55,721 bases of DNA from the IMG/VR virus record IMGVR_UViG_3300017730_000010, positions 1-55,721 of that record. The stretch is one strand, 5' to 3'. The DNA comes from a virus. Lineage: Duplodnaviria; Caudoviricetes. Below are positions 6,623 to 15,927 of the stretch, in pieces. The translations under genes were made by a program, and so were the position numbers. A model generated the notes under the pieces. The model was not told the origin of the DNA. It worked only from the letters and a program-made list of their open reading frames with translations, and did not search any database. Within the stretch, counting starts at the first letter, position 1; the number at the start of each line of letters is the position of its first letter.

Positions 6623-6698
6623 ATTATTAATGTAAGCTTTTTTTTGTCGAATTGCAAGGAAAAAGAGAAAAAAGATTCGATTATTTTGTTGCACAATC

Positions 6699-6757
6699 CC
6701 ACCCCCGTTTTTTGAATTTATTTTGGCGGGCGACGCCAGCATATCGGCGGGGGGTGG
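6699..6757. repeat. GC-rich nested inverted repeat at the early/late boundary
   Basis: CCACCCCCG ... CGGGGGGTGG enclosing hairpin TGGCG-GGCGA-CGCCA. Confidence 0.6.
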
Positions 6758-6853
6758 TTTTTCTCAAAATCTAATGCAGTAATTCACAGGTAAATAACGT
6801 TTTTTGAAAAAAAATCGGCGCATTTACAAAAAATAACTGTAATATATAGTAGA

Positions 6854-7579
6854 ATGCCTAGACGCAAAAAAGCCGACATTGACGACGCTCAGGAAATAGA
6901 GAAGGTAATGACATCTCTCAATAAGACTAAGGTAAAACTTAAGAAATTAGAATTTTCTGAGAAACAGCAAGAGCTGTTAAAGATAATGTTTGATAGAGGT
7001 ACTAAAATAGTATTCATAAGTGGACCCGCTGGAACCAGCAAAACTTTTATGGCTATATACGCCGCTATTCAATTATTTAATATGGATAATAACTATAATA
7101 TTAGTTATGTAAGAACAATTATAGAGAGCGCTGATCGAGGAATGGGTGCGCTCCCTGGGAACATAGATGAAAAATTTGATCCTTTCATGATGCCCTTAAA
7201 TGATAAAATGTTCGAATTAATGAGCGCTAGTGACGTGAAAGCCTTGGATCAACAAGGCGTAATATCGGCTATGCCAATAAATTACCTTAGAGGCGCCAGT
7301 CTCAACGACAAGGTTGTTATTGCCGATGAATCTCAAAACTTTAGCGTAAAAGAGTTAATTACCCTTATTACGAGAATAGGAGAAAATACTAAAATGTTTA
7401 TTTGCGGCGACTCTATGCAAAGCGACATTAATGGTAAAAGCGGGTTTAACAAGCTTAAGGAATTATTTAATGATGATGCTAGCGCTAAACAAGGGATATA
7501 CAACTTCGAGTTTGATCACAAAGATATTAAGAGGAGTGAAATATTAAAATATATTGTTAAAAAACTAGAAAGTATATAA
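6854..7579 (+). CDS. phoH: PhoH-family ATPase
   Basis: GPAGTSKT P-loop, GALPG, YLRGASL, IADESQN, ITRIGE, GDSMQSDI motifs. Confidence 0.95.
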   Translation: MPRRKKADIDDAQEIEKVMTSLNKTKVKLKKLEFSEKQQELLKIMFDRGTKIVFISGPAGTSKTFMAIYAAIQLFNMDNNYNISYVRTIIESADRGMGALPGNIDEKFDPFMMPLNDKMFELMSASDVKALDQQGVISAMPINYLRGASLNDKVVIADESQNFSVKELITLITRIGENTKMFICGDSMQSDINGKSGFNKLKELFNDDASAKQGIYNFEFDHKDIKRSEILKYIVKKLESI

Positions 7580-7580
7580 A

Positions 7581-7775
7581 ATGAAAGAGGGGGATGAAAT
7601 TTGTTTTTGGCACGACCATAAGGATAGGTGCGGCAAAATAATCAAGATGTTTACTCAAATAGGCTTCGAGGATCATGGTAAAGAGTTTGTTGTCATTTTA
7701 CTTGACGACTCCAGGGGTTTATTTAATGATTGCGTTATTAAAACTGAAAAAAATAAATTAAAAATAATTAATTGA
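7581..7775 (+). CDS. hypothetical protein (64 aa)
   Basis: ORF 1 nt after phoH stop. Confidence 0.6.
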   Translation: MKEGDEICFWHDHKDRCGKIIKMFTQIGFEDHGKEFVVILLDDSRGLFNDCVIKTEKNKLKIIN

Positions 7776-7808
7776 ATTAATTAATAATTATTATATAATA
7801 ATTAACAT

Positions 7809-8054
7809 ATGAAGCAATTAAAATATTTTACAGCCAGCTGGTGCGGGCCGTGTAGATTTTTCAAACCATATATTATTGAGTTAATTAGAGATGGAGAAAA
7901 CATAGAAATGATAGATATAGATGCCAACCCAGAACAAAGTCAAAAATATCAAATAATGTCAGTCCCAACGTTAATCTTTGAAGAGGATGGAGAAATTTTC
8001 GCTAAGAGAAATGGCGCTATGGACCCAAGCGAAATAAAAGCTCTACTAAAGTAA
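7809..8054 (+). CDS. thioredoxin
   Basis: FTASWCGPC active site, cis-Pro motif SVPT. Confidence 0.92.
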   Translation: MKQLKYFTASWCGPCRFFKPYIIELIRDGENIEMIDIDANPEQSQKYQIMSVPTLIFEEDGEIFAKRNGAMDPSEIKALLK

Positions 8055-8055
8055 G

Positions 8056-8289
8056 ATGGAAATTATAATATCTTCTTTGGTTGGTGCTGTGGGAGCTATA
8101 TTAGTTGCTTATATTAATACTAAAGTTAGAGAAAAAAGAAAAGACGCTCTAATGGAAGAAATTACAAAAAAATTACACATAGACAGTAAAAATGTGTATA
8201 TAATAAACACTAAAAAAAATGAAGTACATAATTTCAAATACGAATCTAAAGCTTCGACTCAGGAGCCTTTTGTGTTTTTTATAAAATAA
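8056..8289 (+). CDS. small protein with N-terminal transmembrane helix
   Basis: IIISSLVGAVGAILVAYI followed by basic residues. Confidence 0.6.
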   Translation: MEIIISSLVGAVGAILVAYINTKVREKRKDALMEEITKKLHIDSKNVYIINTKKNEVHNFKYESKASTQEPFVFFIK

Positions 8290-8579
8290 TGAGAATTAAA
8301 TATTGTAAATCATGCGGTCATAAAAACCAGTTCATAGGGCTGGAACCAAAGTTTTGTTCAAGTTGCGGGGCGAGTTTTCAAAAAGGAACTTCTCAAGTTA
8401 CAAAATCTAAAATTGCTAATAGACAAAAACTTAACGAGGATGAAACAGATGTTGATTTCGTTCCTAATATAGCCAGTCTACAATACAGCGTATCTCCATT
8501 TGAAAAGAAGACATTCAAAATGGAAGAAATGTTCGATCTTGAAGATGATGGCGGAAACTCCGAAAAGAAAAAGAGGTAG
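8289..8579 (+). CDS. zinc-ribbon protein
   Basis: CKSCG...FCSSCG. Confidence 0.75.
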   Translation: MRIKYCKSCGHKNQFIGLEPKFCSSCGASFQKGTSQVTKSKIANRQKLNEDETDVDFVPNIASLQYSVSPFEKKTFKMEEMFDLEDDGGNSEKKKR

Positions 8580-9279
8580 ACCAAAGAAGGTAAAATTTGA
8601 GGATAAATATGAAATTATTGACACTCAAATTGCAAAAAGGAAAGGTAAGTGGTTTCTTAAGGCTATATCCTGGATAAGCTGGGAAGATGTTGGGCAAATA
8701 ATAAGATCTCATATATATAATAAATGGCACCTGTGGGATCAAAAAAGACCGTTAGAACCTTGGTTAAATAGAATCATATCTAATCAGATAAAAAATATAT
8801 TAAGAAACCATTATGGTAATTTTATTAGACCTTGCGCTCAATGCCCTTTCAACGCCTCTGGATCTATTGACAACATAAATGATGCTAATTTCTGTAGTTG
8901 GACTAAAACTGGCAAGCAAGATAGTTCTTGTCCTTTATTCTTGAAATGGGAAAAGACTAAAAAAAGCTCCTTCCAAATAAACATGGCTTCAAGTATAGAT
9001 GCTAATGAAAATATAAACGTTGGACTCTGTAAACACTTTGACATTGACCATTCTAAAAATAAATTAAATAAATTAATGAAAGAAAATTTAACAGAAAAAC
9101 AATATCATATATATGAGATGCTATATATAAAAGATTTAGATATTACCGAGGCTGCTGAAAAATTGGGTTACAAAAGCAATGAGAAAGGCCGTAAGGCGGG
9201 GTACAAGCAAATAAAGAACTTTGAAAAATTATTTAAAGATACTGCTAAAAAATTAATATCCGAACACGACATAGTATGA
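8545..9279 (+). CDS. RNA polymerase sigma-like factor with N-terminal AT-hook and Cys4 insert
   Basis: region-2-like WDQKRPLEPWLNRIISNQIKN; region-4-like LTEKQYHIYEMLY...EAAEKLGY; start re-called. Confidence 0.65.
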   Translation: MMAETPKRKRGRPKKVKFEDKYEIIDTQIAKRKGKWFLKAISWISWEDVGQIIRSHIYNKWHLWDQKRPLEPWLNRIISNQIKNILRNHYGNFIRPCAQCPFNASGSIDNINDANFCSWTKTGKQDSSCPLFLKWEKTKKSSFQINMASSIDANENINVGLCKHFDIDHSKNKLNKLMKENLTEKQYHIYEMLYIKDLDITEAAEKLGYKSNEKGRKAGYKQIKNFEKLFKDTAKKLISEHDIV

Positions 9280-10325
9280 AACTAAATGACGAACAAAAAA
9301 CCTTGGTACAGGAAAACTATAAAGACTTTCCAGATTTAATAGAATTAACGAGAATGGTATTTGAAGATGATTCTTTAGATGGTCGAACGAAAGAAGGTCG
9401 CGCTGTTAGAAAGTTTCTTGTTGACAATTCACTTAATTATACTACGACAAAAAAAGAAAAAAGGGATGATATTGAGTTTTCTGAGGAACAAGAAGAATTT
9501 ATATTGCAATACGCTAAAGAAGGAATGTCTGCTTATGAAATTTCTAAAATATTATTTCCAGAAGTAAATGTAACAAATTTAAGTAAAGAAGTAATAGAAT
9601 TAGCTGAACATATAAAAAATATAGATCCAGCTTTATTATCTCCATCTGAAAACGCGCTTAATAATACTTACTTCCCTCCTAAGGCTGCATCAAGAGTAAT
9701 TAAAAAAATTAATGATTATTGCGCTAAAGAATTAGAAGAAAAAGAATTAAGTCGAGAAGAGATTGATAATATAGAAAGTACAATAAGATTTCTTGCTGCG
9801 CCTAGATTTGTTCAAGTTATGAACACTTATAGCGCTATGGATGACAGAGATTTATTTGAAGCTGAGTTTATTCGTTCGGTTTGGGATAAGCCTGACTTGA
9901 CGAGTGATGAACTTAATCTATATATTAACGTATGTATGGATTATATACATTTAAAAAATATTAGTAAAGCAATTGACAAATTAAATAGAATGTTTGAAGA
10001 TTGCGAAGATCAAAGAGATATGACTGTTAGGCTAGCGGAATTATTAAAAACTAAAAGTGAAGAATATAATCAATGTGAAAAACGTCAAGAGACTTTGATA
10101 GCTAGATTGAACGGTGATAGAAAAGAAAGAGTTAAAAATAGACATAAAGATAATGCTTCGATTATATCTTTGGTTCGAGTATTTCAAAACGAAACTGATA
10201 GAAAGCGTATGGTCGAGATGGCTGAAAAACAAAAATTATTAATAAAAGAAGAAGCTGACGGTCTAGAAAGAATGGACGTCTGGAAAGCTAGGGTTCTAGG
10301 AATTTCTAAAGATGAAGCAATATGA
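9276..10325 (+). CDS. conserved helical protein, possible terminase small subunit
   Basis: HTH-like GMSAYEISKIL plus coiled-coil C-terminus; upstream of terL; function inferred from position only. Confidence 0.35.
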   Translation: MKLNDEQKTLVQENYKDFPDLIELTRMVFEDDSLDGRTKEGRAVRKFLVDNSLNYTTTKKEKRDDIEFSEEQEEFILQYAKEGMSAYEISKILFPEVNVTNLSKEVIELAEHIKNIDPALLSPSENALNNTYFPPKAASRVIKKINDYCAKELEEKELSREEIDNIESTIRFLAAPRFVQVMNTYSAMDDRDLFEAEFIRSVWDKPDLTSDELNLYINVCMDYIHLKNISKAIDKLNRMFEDCEDQRDMTVRLAELLKTKSEEYNQCEKRQETLIARLNGDRKERVKNRHKDNASIISLVRVFQNETDRKRMVEMAEKQKLLIKEEADGLERMDVWKARVLGISKDEAI

Positions 10326-11011
10326 AACTAAAACACATCCATAAATCAGCTAGTAGTCTCGGACAAAGGTATTATACCATGTCTGCGGCGATAAACGTTT
10401 TCACGCAGTCCTACGGGCATAATATCGTACAAATTGGGTCCGAACCCAGGAACTCGGCGCACTCTAATTTTGATTTGTTTGATTTTTATGCTGATTTAGT
10501 AAAAGATTGTAATAAAGTTTCTTATAGTATATTTCATGAGTCTGATAACATAAGTCAACAAAAGAGAGAGCAACATTTAAACAGTATAATATATAATAAG
10601 TATAATGATGAATCTAATAGAATAAGAATAAGAAATATAAAAGATAGTAATATATATGAAAAGACAGATAATATAGATTTGTTAATATTAAATGATATAT
10701 ATTTTCCCATAGAAGAACTTACCACCAGGGTTTGCCCGAGCGCAGATTACTTATCTGGTAGAAACATACTGTATTCGATAACGGACGCTGAGATGAATCA
10801 TTCTTACGGTGAAATCATCAGTCCTTCAAAAGAAAGGTGTTTGTATGAGTACAAGCTATTCAAAAATAAACTTAGTAGATCCTCAGTCGTAATTCTAGAA
10901 GGAAACGATTATCCTGGCGGCGCACAAACTTCCCTTGTTAAAAAACAACTGGGAAGTGATGGATTTATCTGTTTATTAGACTTACAACAATCAGTGTGGA
11001 TAAAACGGTAA
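10322..11011 (+). CDS. class I SAM methyltransferase-like protein, apparently degenerate
   Basis: NIVQIGS, IDLLILND, VVILEGND..PGG mirror the Methyltransf_24 layout with altered key residues. Confidence 0.45.
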   Translation: MKLKHIHKSASSLGQRYYTMSAAINVFTQSYGHNIVQIGSEPRNSAHSNFDLFDFYADLVKDCNKVSYSIFHESDNISQQKREQHLNSIIYNKYNDESNRIRIRNIKDSNIYEKTDNIDLLILNDIYFPIEELTTRVCPSADYLSGRNILYSITDAEMNHSYGEIISPSKERCLYEYKLFKNKLSRSSVVILEGNDYPGGAQTSLVKKQLGSDGFICLLDLQQSVWIKR

Positions 11012-11937
11012 ATTTCAATTGTAAGATATGTGGTGCTGAGTTTGATTCTGAACGATCACTACATGCACATATTAAGGCTCATAAAATATTATTATCAGAA
11101 TATTATATTACATACTATCCTAGATATAATTTATATACAAATGAGTTAATTCCTTTTAAGAACAAAGATCAATATTTTTCTACTTATTTTTCTAATAGTA
11201 TTGAAATGGAAAAGTGGGCGGCGACAGCCGACGACGAACATGTACAACAAATATTACTTGATATATTAAATAAAAGAATAATTAGTAAGAATTTACAATA
11301 TGCGCCGAATCATTTAGAATTAATGCTACTTGAGCTTCCTACAATAGAGATGTATAAAACATATTTCGGTTCATATAATGAAGCCTGTCGCAGGCTTCAG
11401 GTTGAGCCGTTACTAAATAAAAGTATAAAAAGTAAATTTTTAAACTTCGATAAAAATTTAAAGGACATGCAGATTATGATAGACACTAGAGAGCAAACTC
11501 CCTTAAAATTCAAGAACAGTAAACCTCATAAATTAGATTTTGGTGATTATACAGCAGCAGGAGGATACTATAATAAAACATATGTGGATAGAAAAAGCGA
11601 AACGGACTTTAAATCAACAATGACTGTGGGGTATGATAGATTTAGAAAAGAATTGCAAAGAGCTAAAGAATTCGACTCATTCTTATACATTGTTACAGAA
11701 AGCTCTATTGATAAAATAATAAACAATAATAAGTATGGTCCGCATCGATCAAACTTAACATTTGTATGGCATCAGATGAGAATGTTATCACATGACTTCG
11801 CTAGGAACTGTCAATTTATATTTTCTGGAGGAAGGAACTGGTCGCAAGAGTTAATTCCAACATTACTTTATGCAGGTAGAGAAATGTGGCATTCCGATGT
11901 ACAATATTATATAGACAAAAGAATTTTAAAATTATGA
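10996..11937 (+). CDS. C2H2 zinc finger + ERCC4/XPF-type nuclease
   Basis: CKICG...HIKAH; IDTREQ, GDY, DRKS..D. Confidence 0.8.
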   Translation: MDKTVNFNCKICGAEFDSERSLHAHIKAHKILLSEYYITYYPRYNLYTNELIPFKNKDQYFSTYFSNSIEMEKWAATADDEHVQQILLDILNKRIISKNLQYAPNHLELMLLELPTIEMYKTYFGSYNEACRRLQVEPLLNKSIKSKFLNFDKNLKDMQIMIDTREQTPLKFKNSKPHKLDFGDYTAAGGYYNKTYVDRKSETDFKSTMTVGYDRFRKELQRAKEFDSFLYIVTESSIDKIINNNKYGPHRSNLTFVWHQMRMLSHDFARNCQFIFSGGRNWSQELIPTLLYAGREMWHSDVQYYIDKRILKL

Positions 11938-13802
11938 GCTGGGAACCAGGCAATCAAAAACGAAACCCTAAGGAATATGACATAAATAAACTGTTATTAG
12001 AAACAGAAGGGTTTATGGACGAAAGGGAAGCTAAAATTAAACTTTATGAATTTCTTAGAGAAAATATTACTTTTAGCACAAATCTCATAGCTGGAGTTGA
12101 CTTATTTCCATTTCAGCATATGGCTATTAAGGCAATGTTCGAAAGTGACTATTTCTTAGGCATATGGTCTCGTGGTATGTCAAAGTCTTGGACTACTGGT
12201 ATTTTTGCGTTCATGGATGCTATAATGAATCAGGGTGTTGAGATTGGTATATTGTCTAAGTCTTTTCGTCAGGCTAAAATGATTTTTAAAAAAATTGAAG
12301 ATATAGCTGCCAAGCCCGAAGCTAATTACCTAAGCCAATGCATAAGTAAAGTGACAAAAGCTAACGATGAATGGGTAATGCAAATAGGAGAAAGCTCAAT
12401 AAGAGCTTTGCCGCTAGGTGATGGATCTAAGCTTCGTGGTTTTAGATTTCATAGAATAATCATCGATGAAATGCTTCTTATGCCTGAAAGGATATATAAT
12501 GAGGTTATAGTGCCATTCTTGTCTGTTGTTCAGAATCCAAAAGAAAGAGAAGATTTATTTAATTTAGAAACTCAACTTATTGAAGAAGGCCAAATGAAAG
12601 AAGAAGATAGGTTTGTGTGGCCCAACAATAAACTTATAATGTTATCTTCTGCTAGTTACAAGTTTGAATATTTATATAAATTATACCAAAACTTTGAGGG
12701 ATTAATTAACCAAGGGGAGTCGGAAGGAAAAAACAAAGCTTGTAGGGCTATAATGCATTTTTCTTACGATTGCGCACCTAAACAACTTTTTGATGAAAAC
12801 CTTGTGGAACAAGCTAAGTCAACCATGAGTCAAAGTCAATACGACAGAGAGTTTGGGGCTATATTTACAGATGATAGCTCTGGTTACTTCAAGATATCAA
12901 AAATGAAAGAATGTACCGTAGAGGAAGGTGTTGAACCCTCAGTAGAAGTAAAAGGTGAAGATGGAGCAAAATATTTATTGGCATTTGACCCTAGTTGGGC
13001 CGAGAGTGAAAGTTCTGACGATTTTGCAATGCAGGTGTTTAAATTGAATGAAGAAACTAAGCAAGGAACTTTAGTTCATGTATACGCTATGGCAGGAGAA
13101 AGTTTAAAAAATCATATTAATTATTTTATTTATTTATTAGAAAATTTTAATATTGTATCTATTGTTGGGGATTATAATGGAGGAGTACAATTTTTAAACG
13201 CCGTAAAGGAAAGTTCTATATTTAAACATACCAAACTTAATATTAATATAATCCAAACTGAATTTGACGATATCGAAAATTACCACAAATCATTAAGAAT
13301 GGCTAAAGCTGAATTTTCTAAAGATGGTATACCTTGCTGCTTAAGAAAACCTACCTCTGGATGGATCAGAAGAGCAAACGAATTATTGCAGGCTAATTTA
13401 GATCATAAAAGAATATGGTTTGCGTCTAGAGCTATAGATGAAAGTTACCACAAGCAAAGAAAAAAGAAAATACCAATTAAAAACTTAAAATTCTTAAATT
13501 TTGCAGACGACGAAGAAAAACAAAATGATGCCGCTAGGATGATTGATTTAGTTGAGCATCAGCACGATATGATGGATTATACAAAAGGGCAATGTGCGTT
13601 AATAGAAGTAAAATCGTCTCCGCAGGGAACCCAAACTTTTGATCTACCTTTAAACTTAAAAAGAACTACTGGGCCAAGTAAAGCTAGAAAAGATTGTTAC
13701 TCTGCTTTAGTATTGGGTAATTGGATGATTAAGATACATAACGACGTTAATGATTATAAGGACGAAGTAGTTAATTCATTCGTACCAATGTTTATAAAGT
13801 GA
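11934..13802 (+). CDS. terL: terminase large subunit
   Basis: Walker A SRGMSKS, LRG, Walker B IIIDE, RNase H-like LAFDPS and RKDCYSA; start re-called at ATGA overlap. Confidence 0.92.
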   Translation: MSWEPGNQKRNPKEYDINKLLLETEGFMDEREAKIKLYEFLRENITFSTNLIAGVDLFPFQHMAIKAMFESDYFLGIWSRGMSKSWTTGIFAFMDAIMNQGVEIGILSKSFRQAKMIFKKIEDIAAKPEANYLSQCISKVTKANDEWVMQIGESSIRALPLGDGSKLRGFRFHRIIIDEMLLMPERIYNEVIVPFLSVVQNPKEREDLFNLETQLIEEGQMKEEDRFVWPNNKLIMLSSASYKFEYLYKLYQNFEGLINQGESEGKNKACRAIMHFSYDCAPKQLFDENLVEQAKSTMSQSQYDREFGAIFTDDSSGYFKISKMKECTVEEGVEPSVEVKGEDGAKYLLAFDPSWAESESSDDFAMQVFKLNEETKQGTLVHVYAMAGESLKNHINYFIYLLENFNIVSIVGDYNGGVQFLNAVKESSIFKHTKLNINIIQTEFDDIENYHKSLRMAKAEFSKDGIPCCLRKPTSGWIRRANELLQANLDHKRIWFASRAIDESYHKQRKKKIPIKNLKFLNFADDEEKQNDAARMIDLVEHQHDMMDYTKGQCALIEVKSSPQGTQTFDLPLNLKRTTGPSKARKDCYSALVLGNWMIKIHNDVNDYKDEVVNSFVPMFIK

Positions 13803-13845
13803 CTTTTAAAGTGACATTTTAACTTTTTCGTGTATCATATAAGTA

Positions 13846-15906
13846 ATGAGCAAGCCTAAAAGGAAATATACTAAAAAATCATCTTATTGGGAAAATCTTT
13901 CCAAGAGGACTCAAGTCAATCTAGGTTCCGATAGTGACTCTATAGAGCCTGTAATGTGTGGAGATAACTATTACGTTAGTAACTCAAGCGTAAAGGGTGT
14001 TAAGAACATAACTCAAGCTAATTCAGTCGCATCATCAGTTTCAGACGCATTAAGATCTGGAGGCACATCCAGTACAGGAACTAGGTTTAATAGAGCTGGC
14101 TCAGGCTCCAAGAAAGAAAAGTATAAAAACATTAGCGAGGGAATGCTTCCTTATGATGTGTCAGTAGAAGGTATTGACGTAAGGGAATCTATTGAATTAT
14201 GCCAAAAGGCTTATGCTAATATACCAATCTTCAGAAACGCTGTAGATGTAATGTCTGAGTTTTCTAATTCAGAAATATATCTAGAGGGTGGAAGCGAAAG
14301 CGCAAGAAACTTTATTGAAAAGTGGCTTGAGAAAATTAATTTATGGAAACTCAAAGATCAATACTTTAGAGAGTATTATAGATCGGGGAATATATTCTTA
14401 TATAGAATAGATGGTAAATTTAAAAAAGAAGATATATCTAAGTTTAACAAAATATACGGAAACTCAAAGTTTTTAGATCCTGGAAAAATTCCCTTAAAAT
14501 ATATTTTATTAAATCCATACGATATAGTATCCACTAAAAGTACATCTTTTGAGGGTGGTGTTTATAAAAAACTTTTATCCGAGTATGAATTGGAAAGATT
14601 GAGAACGCCAAAGACTCCTGAAGATGAAGAAATTTTTAACGCCTTGGACAAAAAAACTCAAAACTTAATTAAGCAGGGAGGGTTTGCCACAAGAGGGTTA
14701 TCTGTTAATCTGGATGAAGAAAGATTAATTTATTCATTTTATAAAAAACAAGATTATGAACCTTTTGCTATTCCTTTTGGTTATCCAGTATTAGACGATC
14801 TTAATTGGAAAATTGAACTTAAAAAGATTGACCAAGCTATTAGTAGAACAATTGAAAACGTAGTATTATTAATAACTATGGGCGCTGAACCCGACAAAGG
14901 TGGAATTAACCCACATAGCTTAAGCGCAATGCAATGTTTATTTCAAAACGAAAGTGTTGGAAGAGTATTGGTTAGTGATTATACAACAAAAGCAGATTTT
15001 ATTATACCTGATATAAATAAAATTTTAGGACCAAACAAATATGAAATTGTAAATCAAGATATTAGAGAAGGTTTGCAGAATATAATTGTTGGTAAAGAAA
15101 ATTATTCTAGCACTCAAATAAAAGCTCAAATATTTTTAGAAAGATTAAAAGAAGCTAGAAACGCATTTTTAAATGATTTCTTAATGCCCCAGGTAAAAAT
15201 TGTCTGTCAAGCATTAGGGTTTAGAAAATATCCGACAGTTAGATTTCAAGAAGTTGATATTAAGGATGAGATTCAATTCCAAAGAGTTGTTACGAGATTG
15301 TTAGAAATTGGTATTATATCCCCAGAGCAAGGTTTGTCAGCTATTAGAACTGGCTTATTTCCTCATCCAGATACAATGTCAGACGCTCAAAGAAAATACG
15401 CTGAAGACAGAGGGGAAGGAATGTATAACCCTTTAATCGGTGGTGTTCCTCCTATTGAGCCTGCTGGCGCAGAAGAAGAAAGAGATCTGAGAGAAGAACA
15501 ATCTAAGAATGTAGTTCCGCTTAAGCAAAACCAACAAACTCCAGAAAAAGCGCCCAGTCAACCAGGTCGCCCAACAGGAGCTACAGCAGAAGATTTATAC
15601 TCCAGGAAAGACTTGCAATCTATAATTTATAAAATAGAAAAACTAAGAGCTTCTGCTACAAAGGAGGTAAAAGATAAATTTTCCGTAAAAAGATTAAATA
15701 AAAATCAAACAAAGATTGTAGATAGTTTAGTTGAAGCTATTGTCACCTCCACAGAAAAAGACTCTTGGGAAAAAGAATTAAAAGCTTGTATAAAGGATAA
15801 TGAAAAAATGGCTAATTTAGAAACCTTAAAAGAAGTTTTAAATATTGGCGCAGATCATCAACTACCAGATTACCCTTCTGCGATATTATTTCATAGTAAA
15901 AAATAA
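13846..15906 (+). CDS. portal protein
   Basis: follows terL; portal-like AY..IPIFRNAVD..SEF and REYY.SGNIFLYR; size. Confidence 0.8.
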   Translation: MSKPKRKYTKKSSYWENLSKRTQVNLGSDSDSIEPVMCGDNYYVSNSSVKGVKNITQANSVASSVSDALRSGGTSSTGTRFNRAGSGSKKEKYKNISEGMLPYDVSVEGIDVRESIELCQKAYANIPIFRNAVDVMSEFSNSEIYLEGGSESARNFIEKWLEKINLWKLKDQYFREYYRSGNIFLYRIDGKFKKEDISKFNKIYGNSKFLDPGKIPLKYILLNPYDIVSTKSTSFEGGVYKKLLSEYELERLRTPKTPEDEEIFNALDKKTQNLIKQGGFATRGLSVNLDEERLIYSFYKKQDYEPFAIPFGYPVLDDLNWKIELKKIDQAISRTIENVVLLITMGAEPDKGGINPHSLSAMQCLFQNESVGRVLVSDYTTKADFIIPDINKILGPNKYEIVNQDIREGLQNIIVGKENYSSTQIKAQIFLERLKEARNAFLNDFLMPQVKIVCQALGFRKYPTVRFQEVDIKDEIQFQRVVTRLLEIGIISPEQGLSAIRTGLFPHPDTMSDAQRKYAEDRGEGMYNPLIGGVPPIEPAGAEEERDLREEQSKNVVPLKQNQQTPEKAPSQPGRPTGATAEDLYSRKDLQSIIYKIEKLRASATKEVKDKFSVKRLNKNQTKIVDSLVEAIVTSTEKDSWEKELKACIKDNEKMANLETLKEVLNIGADHQLPDYPSAILFHSKK

Positions 15907-15927
15907 TTTTTGTGTGTATACATTTGT

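Noticed and set aside
6854-8054. phoH and thioredoxin as novel auxiliary genes
   Set aside because: Both are common in large aquatic phages.
11934-13802. Intein or intron in terminase
   Set aside because: Continuous ORF of normal size with no splicing motifs.
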